This document shows, one piece after another, positions 19,527 to 27,963 of a DNA stretch of 32,000 bases. The notes under the pieces are model-generated. The model searched no databases. It was not told where the DNA came from and saw only the letters and a program-made list of their open reading frames with translations. Location of the stretch: positions 237,374-269,373 of the forward strand of contig JBHLMN010000001.1 in the NCBI GenBank assembly GCA_048938105.1, in the 5' to 3' direction. This stretch comes from Promethearchaeota archaeon (GTDB lineage: Archaea; Asgardarchaeota; Heimdallarchaeia; Hodarchaeales; Hodarchaeaceae). The position numbers and the translations under genes are program-made. The first letter of the stretch is position 1, and the number at the start of each line of letters is the position of its first letter.

Positions 19527-20717
19527 ATGGATATTTCAGAGTTAATCTTCATTAATCTAGGGCCATTTCTTTATAATCTCATTTTCATTTTGTTATGGAT
19601 CCTTTGGTTTCTTTATCATAAAAAAGATCCTTTCATTCAAAAAGCATTCAAAACCTATCTTAAAAGAAATTACCTTTTCTATCCTATAACAGGATGTTTA
19701 ATTGTCATATTTCTCTATCTATTGTTCTCTTATGCGATAATAAACACCGATGTTGATGATGCTATAACATCTGCCGTCCGGGCTTTTCTAGAGGGAAGTA
19801 ATCCCTATCAAGAAAATGTTGTAGAGCATTATATAGATTCTGAAATGGTTCTTGGTCGTTATCATTATTTTCCTCCAGATCTACTCATATATAGTCTCTT
19901 TTACATCCTTATTGGTCATGTCTTCTATGAAGACATCTCCCTTTTGGGAAGGGATATCTCCCTTTTAGGCACATATTGGTTCGTACCATTGCACTTTTTA
20001 TTAGTAATCCCAGGATATTGGATAATTACCCAGCTTGTAGATTGGCCTCATTATAGATTGTTTCCTTTTACTTTACTTCTAATTACTCCCTTTTTGTTCA
20101 CCAATTCAATGCTCATGTGGTTTTTTTTCCTTATAGGATATTATTATTATGAAAAAAAAGAAAGACACATCCTTGGTATGGTATTCTACGTACTAGCAGC
20201 CTCAGTAAAATACATGGTGGGTTTTATTATTCTCTTTTATTTTATTCGTACCATAAAAGAAATTTATAAAGAGGAAGACCCCTTAAACAATTTGAATTTA
20301 ACTGGATATAAACTTGCTCCTTATATTCTCTCCAGTTTGGTCTTAACTTTAATTTGTTTGCCATTTGGGCTCATCAACGTCATAGATTCAGTTTTTATAT
20401 CTCAAGGAGATCCCCAACACAGAGAGGATGTTGCTCAATCAGTGGGTCCTTTATTGATTGAAGTCCTTAAATTCTTAAATTTGAAATCTCTCTATCTCCC
20501 TATAGTAGGAACCATTGCTATTCTAGCTTTCATTATCCTAATGAGACAGCCTACATATGACCAAATCATTCACTTCTCTTTCCTTTCTATGATTATTCTC
20601 CCATTTTATGCTACAGAGCTGTTCATCACCCTTCCTTTCTTCTTTTGGTTTAAAGAGGGAGCTGAATCTATAAAACTAAACATTAATACTGATATCCCAT
20701 CAGAACTACCGCCCTGA
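19527..20717 (+). CDS. Polytopic membrane protein, probable GT-C/DUF2029-like glycosyltransferase
   Basis: About 10 hydrophobic helices; DVDDAITSAVRAFLEGSNPYQ (acidic motif in the first loop) and RYHYFPPDLLIYSLFY, typical of the GT-C mannosyltransferase-like layout. Confidence 0.6.
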   Translation: MDISELIFINLGPFLYNLIFILLWILWFLYHKKDPFIQKAFKTYLKRNYLFYPITGCLIVIFLYLLFSYAIINTDVDDAITSAVRAFLEGSNPYQENVVEHYIDSEMVLGRYHYFPPDLLIYSLFYILIGHVFYEDISLLGRDISLLGTYWFVPLHFLLVIPGYWIITQLVDWPHYRLFPFTLLLITPFLFTNSMLMWFFFLIGYYYYEKKERHILGMVFYVLAASVKYMVGFIILFYFIRTIKEIYKEEDPLNNLNLTGYKLAPYILSSLVLTLICLPFGLINVIDSVFISQGDPQHREDVAQSVGPLLIEVLKFLNLKSLYLPIVGTIAILAFIILMRQPTYDQIIHFSFLSMIILPFYATELFITLPFFFWFKEGAESIKLNINTDIPSELPP

Positions 20718-20742
20718 CCCCTAAAACCGCTTCAACAGGATG

Positions 20743-20985
20743 TTACCTTTTTCTATCAGCAATTGTAGTAATTACAGAAATACTGCGCACAGAAAAACGT
20801 TCATCAACATAAAGAATACGCACATGCTTCTCTTCTGAGTCAGTGAGACCATGTATGTCTACAACTTGACAGACTCCGGAGATTGAAGGTTTATAATCGT
20901 TCTTATTCATCTTTAAGGGTATTGCCTTCTTGCATATTGAGCAAGGTTCGCAATTGAGATCCACTAAATCAGTCTTAGATGACAT
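20743..20985 (-). CDS. Small conserved-looking hypothetical protein with CxxC
   Basis: 80 aa; NCEPCSICKKAIPLKM plus an ordered C-terminal segment HVRILYVDERFSVRSISVITTI. Occupies an otherwise empty interval. Confidence 0.5.
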   Translation of the reverse strand: MSSKTDLVDLNCEPCSICKKAIPLKMNKNDYKPSISGVCQVVDIHGLTDSEEKHVRILYVDERFSVRSISVITTIADRKR

Positions 20986-21163
20986 TGTCCGTCTCGCCTG
21001 TTATGCTTTTGTGAAAGAACTCCAATCTTTATAGCTTCAAAAACCTTTGCTAATTCTTCGTATTAACTTTCATAAACTACCGATTACATAAATTTAAATA
21101 GAGATGTTTTCTCTAAAAACTAAGAGTATATAACTATTCAACTTAAAATCAGGGGTTCTACTA

Positions 21164-21499
21164 GTGGATGATGAGGAACTTGTTGCAGACACTCCTTGGG
21201 GAAAGTTAATCACCTCAAAAGGATTAAAAATACTTTTAACAGGATTTGAGAATGATTTGGAAAAATTAGGGAAAAGCCTAGCTCGCATTGAAACACGCTT
21301 AGCTGAAATAGAAGGTACCCATTCAGATAAAAATGTGAAAAGTCGAATTCAGGCAATTGAAGGGTCTTTAAAGTCACTTGAAGATGATATTCAAGAATTT
21401 CGTACTAATCAGACTGCTTTTGCTGCACATATGAAGAAAACTCTTCAAATATTCTACTCTAAACTTGATGAAATGACGATTAATAAAGACATAATCTGA
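21164..21499 (+). CDS. Small coiled-coil hypothetical protein
   Basis: 111 aa with heptad-like LEKLGKSLARIETRLAEIEG...RIQAIEGSLKSLEDDIQEF. Convergent with hef. Confidence 0.6.
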   Translation: MDDEELVADTPWGKLITSKGLKILLTGFENDLEKLGKSLARIETRLAEIEGTHSDKNVKSRIQAIEGSLKSLEDDIQEFRTNQTAFAAHMKKTLQIFYSKLDEMTINKDII

Positions 21500-21519
21500 A
21501 GATGATTTGAAGGGGTAAA

Positions 21520-23778
21520 TTATGGGAGAGTACGATCCCCTGGAGAGCTAAAAACAGTTTGAATTCGAATGGCGAGTTTTTTTCCAATTTGTGGAACATT
21601 AGTCAATTCTTCTAAACTAGCTGAAGCGATAGCCTGAATAGTTGTAAATTTGTCTAATAAATTCTTCGCTTTTGTTAAATTAATACCTGGGATGGCAGCT
21701 AACATGAATAATTGAATTTCTCTTATATTTTGTTCTTTTTTTGATACTGTAGGTAACGAAAACTCTGTAGGAGTATCCTTTTGTTCACGTTTCGCCAATT
21801 GAAACATAAGTGTTGCAGTTTCTGAATCATTTCGAGTAAAAACTAAAGGAATCTGGAAATCAAGAATTATTGAACTAATAGCACCCATAATACTGTTTAT
21901 GTGAATTTGTCGTCCTATTACTTCTGATTCCAACTGAATTAATAATAAAGGCAGCCTTTGCTGTGAAAGTCTTGTTAATTGGGATTGTTGTCCAGGGGAT
22001 GAGGGGTGAAATAATCGTCCATCTATTATGGAACTCACAAAATCTGAATAAGTTTTTCGTTCTACAACCAATCGGTTTGAAAGAACGTAATCACCTACTT
22101 CTAGTTCTTGGGATTGTAAGCGAGCTCCTTGTTGTTTTAATAATTTAGGTACACGAGTTGAAGCCTCACGAGTATCGATAATAATCAAAGGAGTTGAAGG
22201 CCCAGGTTCGATGATATCCTTTTTTTCTTGTCTTACGAAGAATTTATCTAAAGTTTCGATGGTATCGTGAGCTTCCTTTTTTTCTAACAGAAGTTGTAAT
22301 TCATTCTTCAAGAAATCATTCATTTTCTTGTTCTTTCTATTAATTGCCCAGTACATTGACTCATCGCGAGTATCTTTGGTCACTAGGTGGATGACTCGAG
22401 ATTTCTTCTTCCTACCTCTTCCTCGACGTTGAATTGCCCTGATGATAGAAGGTACTGAATCATAAAACACAACTAAATCGCAATTTCCAACATCTAAACC
22501 CTCCTCACCAACTGAAGTGCTTAAAAGAATCTGTAGATCACCTCGTTTGAATTCTTCAACAACCTCTAGTTGTTGTTTTTGGGTCAACCCTTTATCTTCC
22601 TTCGAGCTTGAATGACCAATGAATATTCCAGCTTCAATACCACAATTAGATAATTCTTTATGCAGGAACCGAATTGTATCGCGATAATTACTGAATATGA
22701 TGATCCTAGAGTCTTGGGAGGTGGTTCTTTTTAGAACATTAGTAATTTCATCTATTAAATGCTGAAGTTTAGGATGAATCAGCGATTTATCTGATAGCAC
22801 TTTCTCTAGGGCGACAATTCTATGGTCTTCTAAAAATAACCTTAGGGCTTTTGAAGAGGACTTTCGACGCCATTTTTGAAGGCTATTAAACGCTTGAGGG
22901 AATCCTTGACTTTCAACGAGTTCTTTTAGGTGCTGCACCCGAATTAAATTCGAACTGAATATCAGCAATCCCCCAAAACTAGACTCTTGCTTAGTAAGCT
23001 TTACAACTTGTTGGTGAATCCCTAATGCTTCTCTTTTTCCTATATATTTGAAATCTAAAGCCCCTGGTATTTGTTCTTTTAGGGAAAGAATTAATTCATC
23101 CTGATAGCTATGTAGTGTTTTGAGAACCTGAGTATATTTCTCAGGAAGCTTAATCCAGATGACTTTCGGAGTATGTATAGAAATATATTCTTTAACATCC
23201 AAATCAGTAGTATCTGTTACAGATACTTTAGTAATCTTGAGATTCTCACACACCTCCAGGATTTTCTCCGGATTGTTTCCAGGTGTTGCAGTAAATCCTA
23301 TGATCTGACTTTTAGCTTGAGCAGCAATTCCTACGTATGCATAATCACCAGTAGCTCTATGAACCTCATCGATACAAATTAATCCGATTTTTCTTAAATC
23401 TAGGCGATCATAAGTTACGTCGTTTTCAATTGTTTGAGGTGTACCTACAATAATCTTGGCATTCGGATAGCTTTCCTTCCGTTTTGGAGGAGGAACTTCT
23501 CCTGATACCTCAAGAACCATATCAGAGGATAAATTACCAATGAATTCACATAACATTTCCTTAATCTGATGAACGAGGGGTCTGGTTGGAGTTAAAATAA
23601 GAATTTGTTTGGTAGGGTCTTTCTTCAGGTAATAAGCTGATAAGTATGCCATAATAACCGTTTTACCTAACCCTGTTGGAAGGACGACGAGGGTATTCCC
23701 TGAATTCGTTACACACTCAGAAAAAATGACTTGTTGATATATTCGCGGTTCAGCAGTAGTAATGAAAGATTCATCCAA
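21520..23778 (-). CDS. hef: Hef-type helicase/nuclease (Fanconi-associated-like SF2 helicase + XPF/ERCC4 nuclease + HhH)
   Basis: Helicase motifs LVVLPTGLGKTVIM, LICIDEVHRATGD, GFTATPG and QRRGRGRKK. Nuclease IIDTREASTRVP...VVERKTYSDF. C-terminal tandem HhH AAIPGINLTKAKNLL...VPQIGKKLAIRI. Confidence 0.95.
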   Translation of the reverse strand: MDESFITTAEPRIYQQVIFSECVTNSGNTLVVLPTGLGKTVIMAYLSAYYLKKDPTKQILILTPTRPLVHQIKEMLCEFIGNLSSDMVLEVSGEVPPPKRKESYPNAKIIVGTPQTIENDVTYDRLDLRKIGLICIDEVHRATGDYAYVGIAAQAKSQIIGFTATPGNNPEKILEVCENLKITKVSVTDTTDLDVKEYISIHTPKVIWIKLPEKYTQVLKTLHSYQDELILSLKEQIPGALDFKYIGKREALGIHQQVVKLTKQESSFGGLLIFSSNLIRVQHLKELVESQGFPQAFNSLQKWRRKSSSKALRLFLEDHRIVALEKVLSDKSLIHPKLQHLIDEITNVLKRTTSQDSRIIIFSNYRDTIRFLHKELSNCGIEAGIFIGHSSSKEDKGLTQKQQLEVVEEFKRGDLQILLSTSVGEEGLDVGNCDLVVFYDSVPSIIRAIQRRGRGRKKKSRVIHLVTKDTRDESMYWAINRKNKKMNDFLKNELQLLLEKKEAHDTIETLDKFFVRQEKKDIIEPGPSTPLIIIDTREASTRVPKLLKQQGARLQSQELEVGDYVLSNRLVVERKTYSDFVSSIIDGRLFHPSSPGQQSQLTRLSQQRLPLLLIQLESEVIGRQIHINSIMGAISSIILDFQIPLVFTRNDSETATLMFQLAKREQKDTPTEFSLPTVSKKEQNIREIQLFMLAAIPGINLTKAKNLLDKFTTIQAIASASLEELTNVPQIGKKLAIRIQTVFSSPGDRTLP

Positions 23779-24188
23779 AATTAATCTAACTCACAGATAC
23801 TAGCTCATAAAAACACTCAAAGATATATTTTCCTGTGAATATTAAGCATTTTTTGTTTATCAATGAAACATTATATTCGTACCAATTCACTTAAAAAACC
23901 TAGACAGCACTTGATACAGAATAAAATGATGGATAATAAGAGATTCTTAATTCTATTCCACGTTCAAAAAATTTTTAGAATAGAGAAAAGAAGAGACTGT
24001 ACTAATTCTAGTTTATGAGAAATTTTTTCTAGAAAACGAGAATTAATACAATTAAAAACATTAATATGTCATTAATAGCCTATGTTTTCCAGAAAAAAAA
24101 GTTACGAGAATATAAAGATTCATTTGAAAAATATCTTTAAAAAAGGGGGATCAGGTAATTCATTAAAAATAAGTATTTAACTAAAAAA

Positions 24189-25022
24189 GTGATAAAAATG
24201 GCTGAAAAAGAAGAACCTCAAGAAGAAGCGACACCCATTACTGAGATAGAACGGAAAATTACCGTAGACCTTTGGAAAACAAAACTACACGGGGAAATTG
24301 TAGGAATAAAACAAAAAGAAGAATATATGGCTAAATCCCGTCAATTTACTAGAGATCTTGAACTGATTGGTGAAGTTAAGGAAAAAAAGAAAGGGGAAGA
24401 AGAGACCATTGGATATGTAGGTTATCGAAAAGGGCTATGGGATGATGAAGAAGATAAATTAGAAAGACGCTTAGTAATTAAACTATTTTCGAAATCAATG
24501 TATTATCAAGGCACCCTAGAAGAAATGGTCGGTCGGGAGTTCACCCGTTCATTATCCGCACGACATGATTTTCCTAGTTTTAACTTAATGATTGATGATT
24601 ATGAATACTTAATTCCGCTAAATAAGATTCGTGGCGGAAAGTTCGTTCCAGAATGGTTTGTTTTCCGTATTGATGATGAAGAAGGATTTATTCCGATTAT
24701 TTTAAAGCATAAGATGGGACTTGGAATCGATTATCGGGTAGTTCACGGAATAGGTGACACACAATTTGGTAAAATTGATGGGAAAAAGTTCGATGTAGGG
24801 GGACGATATGACATCAGCCTTAAATCCACGGATGAACGTTTGGTTGATAATGTTCTTGTACGAGTATTAATCCTCTTTGCAGCTTCTTTGAAGTTTCATG
24901 AAGAAATTTTTAAGAAAATTAAGAAGGGGACGAAAAAAATGAGAAAGAATGAATGGCAACCAACACTTTCGAATGAAGAAAAACTTCTTCGACGTAATCC
25001 ACGAGCGATTCTACGGAAATAA
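24189..25022 (+). CDS. Hypothetical protein of unknown fold
   Basis: 277 aa, GTG start (or ATG at 24198). Well-ordered composition (HDFPSFNLMIDDYEYLIPLNKIRGGKFVPEWFVFRIDDEEGFIPIIL). No recognised motif. Confidence 0.75.
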   Translation: MIKMAEKEEPQEEATPITEIERKITVDLWKTKLHGEIVGIKQKEEYMAKSRQFTRDLELIGEVKEKKKGEEETIGYVGYRKGLWDDEEDKLERRLVIKLFSKSMYYQGTLEEMVGREFTRSLSARHDFPSFNLMIDDYEYLIPLNKIRGGKFVPEWFVFRIDDEEGFIPIILKHKMGLGIDYRVVHGIGDTQFGKIDGKKFDVGGRYDISLKSTDERLVDNVLVRVLILFAASLKFHEEIFKKIKKGTKKMRKNEWQPTLSNEEKLLRRNPRAILRK

Positions 25023-25040
25023 ATCACAGGAGTCTTATCA

Positions 25041-25721
25041 TTGATCCCTGAAGATGAGAGCTTAGAATTCGTAATCGAACATCTCAAGGATATGATTCAA
25101 GAACAAGCAGATAAAAAAATAGAAAAAGTATCAGATCTGACAGATATTCTTTCTAATTTTATGGCCACATTTTTAATAGTGGTTGATGCGTTAATTTCAA
25201 GCAGTCAGTCAAGATTTGGGGCAATTGATGAAAAATTAGCTGAATTTGAGGATCTTCTACAGGGTACTTCTATTAAAGGGTTATCAGAGCCATCAGAAAT
25301 ATCGGAGAAAAGGCCTATTGAAGAAAAAAAACAACCAATAGAAGAGTCCGTAGTTAAATCATCCAAAACCCCGCCGATTCCATCGAGTGATGTTGTAATC
25401 TCTCCACCACCTCCACCGCCCCCTTCCCCTTTCCCTTCCATAACCGTTGCGGAAGAACAGAAACCTGTAGTTGAAACCACAGAAATCATGGAAGATGAAA
25501 TCACTGAAGACGAAGCCATCGAAACATCAGAAGATATGGAAGAAATGGAGGTGGAAGATCTTGCAGCATTTGCATTTCAACGGCGCGAAAAAAAAGAAAA
25601 AGTCCCTCCCTCTCGTCAAGTCGATTCAGGACTTAGTGCAGGATCACTCAAATTGGAATTAATGAAAGAACTAAAAAAGAAATTCAGTAGTGAAAAAGAC
25701 ACTCAAAATGAATCTAATTGA
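25041..25721 (+). CDS. Hypothetical protein with N-terminal helical region and low-complexity Pro/acidic linker
   Basis: 226 aa, TTG start preceded by CAGGAG, 18 nt after the previous stop. PPPPPPPSPFPS tract followed by an acidic stretch. Confidence 0.7.
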   Translation: MIPEDESLEFVIEHLKDMIQEQADKKIEKVSDLTDILSNFMATFLIVVDALISSSQSRFGAIDEKLAEFEDLLQGTSIKGLSEPSEISEKRPIEEKKQPIEESVVKSSKTPPIPSSDVVISPPPPPPPSPFPSITVAEEQKPVVETTEIMEDEITEDEAIETSEDMEEMEVEDLAAFAFQRREKKEKVPPSRQVDSGLSAGSLKLELMKELKKKFSSEKDTQNESN

Positions 25722-25977
25722 AATCTATCAAGATGGGGGGATTCATATCTCCAAGGAGATTTTTAGCAAGCAAAGAGCAACCTTCAGTCCCTCCTGAAGC
25801 AATATGTCATTAGGTATGTGAAAACAACCACAATTGATCCAGTATTTGTCATACTTCTATTCAGACACCATAAAAAGACACAATAAAATCGAATCCCAAT
25901 TAATATGAGAGGAACAGTACCTCATTTACACTTTCTTTCTTTATTATAGAACCCCCACTTGATTTAAAAAAAGCAGG

Positions 25978-26196
25978 TTAGTATTGAAACTGATTATCCT
26001 CAAGAAATGGATCTAAAGACCACTCCTTAAGGATGTCAGAGAGAGTGCGATATATATATCGTTTTCCGTAATTCAAAGCCGTCTTTAATAATCCTTCAAT
26101 GGATAGGGCATCATCAGACAAAAGAGATCCTTCGTACCTAGCGAGGTGGAAGGGGTTCTTAAAGGTAACGAAATAGGCCAGAATTACAGAAGAGTA
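25978..26196 (-). pseudogene. Possible gene remnant or short unannotated ORF
   Basis: A 72-codon open reverse frame with no ATG reads YSSVILAYFVTFKNPFHLARYEGSLLSDDALSIEGLLKTALNYGKRYIYRTLSDILKEWSLDPFLEDNQFQY*. Composition is protein-like. Confidence 0.35.
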
Positions 26197-26471
26197 TTAC
26201 TGTCTACATAGGAAGGTATCTCAACAGATTTGTGAAATTAATACCAGAAAAAAAGTAACGACTAAAATGACGCTTTAATGATGAAGAACTTGCCTGAGAA
26301 TAATGGAGTCTCTGAAAAATCTAAAATTATGGAAGGGAAAACCAATTAAAATCTAGGTCTAGTTCTCCTCTTACTGTTCCCCTCTGTAAGTCTTAATTGT
26401 ATTCAGAAAATGGAAGCTGATCAAAGTAGTGACGCCATAAGGCTATATAATGAATTTTCTGGCCGAATCAG

Positions 26472-26882
26472 CTAGTATAGTATCACATTCTGGCCATCTG
26501 AATCATCTTCGGTTGGTGTCGCGGTTTTAATGCCAGACGAAAGAATTCGGATTAAGTCATTTCGAGTTAATAGAAAGATTCGAATTCTTTCCGCGAGAGA
26601 TCGTGCTGGGTCGGAAAAGAGATTTGTGACAATGAGCATTTTTGAAAGAAGGCGATTGTTTTTCATGATCTTTTCGGCACGAATAATGATATCTACGCCA
26701 ACAGCACGTTTCCAGTCTTTGATCATAACTCCAATACCCTCATTTTCATCACCATTTTGGATGATGAGGTCAACATTTTCATTCCGATAATTTTGTACGC
26801 CGTGGCTAACAATTAAACCACGTTGGCGACAGTACTCGAGCGTTAGCTCTTCTAATCCAAGTGAATCATAATTAATCTTCAT
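26472..26882 (-). CDS. Mrr-like restriction-endonuclease-fold (PD-(D/E)XK) protein, catalytic site possibly altered
   Basis: LEELTLEYCRQRGLIVSHG...ENVDLIIQNGDENEGIGVMIKDWKRAVGVDIIIRAEKIMKNNRLLSKMLIVTNLFSDPARSLAERIRIFLLTRNDLIRIL follows the Mrr layout. The start is reassigned to ATG 26882, which has an upstream GAGGGG. Confidence 0.6.
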   Translation of the reverse strand: MKINYDSLGLEELTLEYCRQRGLIVSHGVQNYRNENVDLIIQNGDENEGIGVMIKDWKRAVGVDIIIRAEKIMKNNRLLSKMLIVTNLFSDPARSLAERIRIFLLTRNDLIRILSSGIKTATPTEDDSDGQNVILY

Positions 26883-27963
26883 GGTAAATCCCCTCTGGGG
26901 TGATTCGAGCATCCTTAGTAATGGATGATTCAAACGCCAGATGCTCTAAAATGCCAAAGATCGCTCTATTAGGGCGATAGGCTTTCTCACGTTTATCTCG
27001 ATCTGTTGATTGCTCATAGATCAAATTAGAATTTAATAAATCAGCTAAATGATGACTAATTGTACTTTTAGTCTTATTCATCATGTAAGTAAGCTCTTTA
27101 TGAATGATATATTCACGTCTATCAAGTTCGTTCTGAACCTGAACCTCTCGAACAAGTATTTCGCGGAGAATAGAAATCTTACTTCGTGGAAAACTGCTTA
27201 AAACTTTGGGGTTAATTCCAAAGGTAAAACGCAAACCGTCTGATCCCAGATAGAAATGCTCTTTCAGAATTTGAATAGCAACACCAGGATTACCTAAAGC
27301 AAGGGAAGCAATATTCGAAATGGTTGTATCAGTAATATGGGAAGAATCTTGCTTTGTGGCACAGACATTTAAACGTCGTTGAAGAAGATGCTCAATTTCA
27401 GTCCTGGTAAGGGAAGGCATAACCAAAAAGTGACGATATGAGATGTCACCAGTCGGAATACACAGGCGACGATAGATTTCAAATTCAGTGCTATCCATGA
27501 TTGCAATGATTTTAGGGGAGGGAGAGGAAGAAGACGAATTCAAACTTAATAGGGTCTTATGTAAACGAAAAGCATTATCAAGAAAGAGGATATCGTCAGA
27601 TTGCACATTAGTGTTGAAAAGGTGTGAAGCATCCTGATAAATAGTGTTTAATTTATGATAATGTCGAAATTCTTCAAAAATGCGGGCAAAGATTGTTTTA
27701 CCAGACCCTCGAGGGCCTTTGAGGAAGAGAATGTCAGAAGGAGAGTCTTGAATAAATTCGATAATCTTGATAATGAGGGATTTGAATTGCGGATTTGTCT
27801 CGCCATAAAACGCCATAGGTTGGTGGAGAGGGAGGAGAGGATCACAGGGATCACACTGATAACCTAATTGCACTAGCTGCTTCCGTTGTTTTCGTTGGAT
27901 TAAGTCAGACATGGCTGATTCAAATAGGGTGCCCGGGGGAAGATCATCACGGTCATGACTCAT
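26872..27963 (-). CDS. AAA+ ATPase with C-terminal winged-helix-like domain (Orc1/Cdc6- or STAND-like architecture)
   Basis: Walker A ILFLKGPRGSGKTIFAR, Walker B region DILFLDNAF, and C-terminal HTH-like HKELTYMMNKTKSTISHHLADLLNSNLIYEQ. Start overlaps the upstream stop as ATGA; SD-like GGAGGGAG is upstream. Confidence 0.75.
   Translation of the reverse strand: MSHDRDDLPPGTLFESAMSDLIQRKQRKQLVQLGYQCDPCDPLLPLHQPMAFYGETNPQFKSLIIKIIEFIQDSPSDILFLKGPRGSGKTIFARIFEEFRHYHKLNTIYQDASHLFNTNVQSDDILFLDNAFRLHKTLLSLNSSSSSPSPKIIAIMDSTEFEIYRRLCIPTGDISYRHFLVMPSLTRTEIEHLLQRRLNVCATKQDSSHITDTTISNIASLALGNPGVAIQILKEHFYLGSDGLRFTFGINPKVLSSFPRSKISILREILVREVQVQNELDRREYIIHKELTYMMNKTKSTISHHLADLLNSNLIYEQSTDRDKREKAYRPNRAIFGILEHLAFESSITKDARITPEGIYHED

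Noticed and set aside
25205-25519. 104-aa minus-strand ORF with a poly-Gly tract (EGKGEGGGGGGGEITT)
   Set aside because: Mirror of the PPPPPPP linker of the plus-strand gene at 25041-25721. The glycine run is just the complement of proline codons.
25765-25800. Small inverted repeat tctcc-aa-ggaga that might be a terminator or operator
   Set aside because: Only 5 bp per arm with a 2-nt spacer and no U-tract of note. Expected by chance in a sequence of this size.
21520-26196. Idea that Hef, the 24189-25721 pair and the Mrr-like cassette form one large defence island
   Set aside because: Hef is a core archaeal repair protein, the orientations differ, and gaps of about 400-750 nt separate the groups. 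Nothing in the sequence ties them into one unit.
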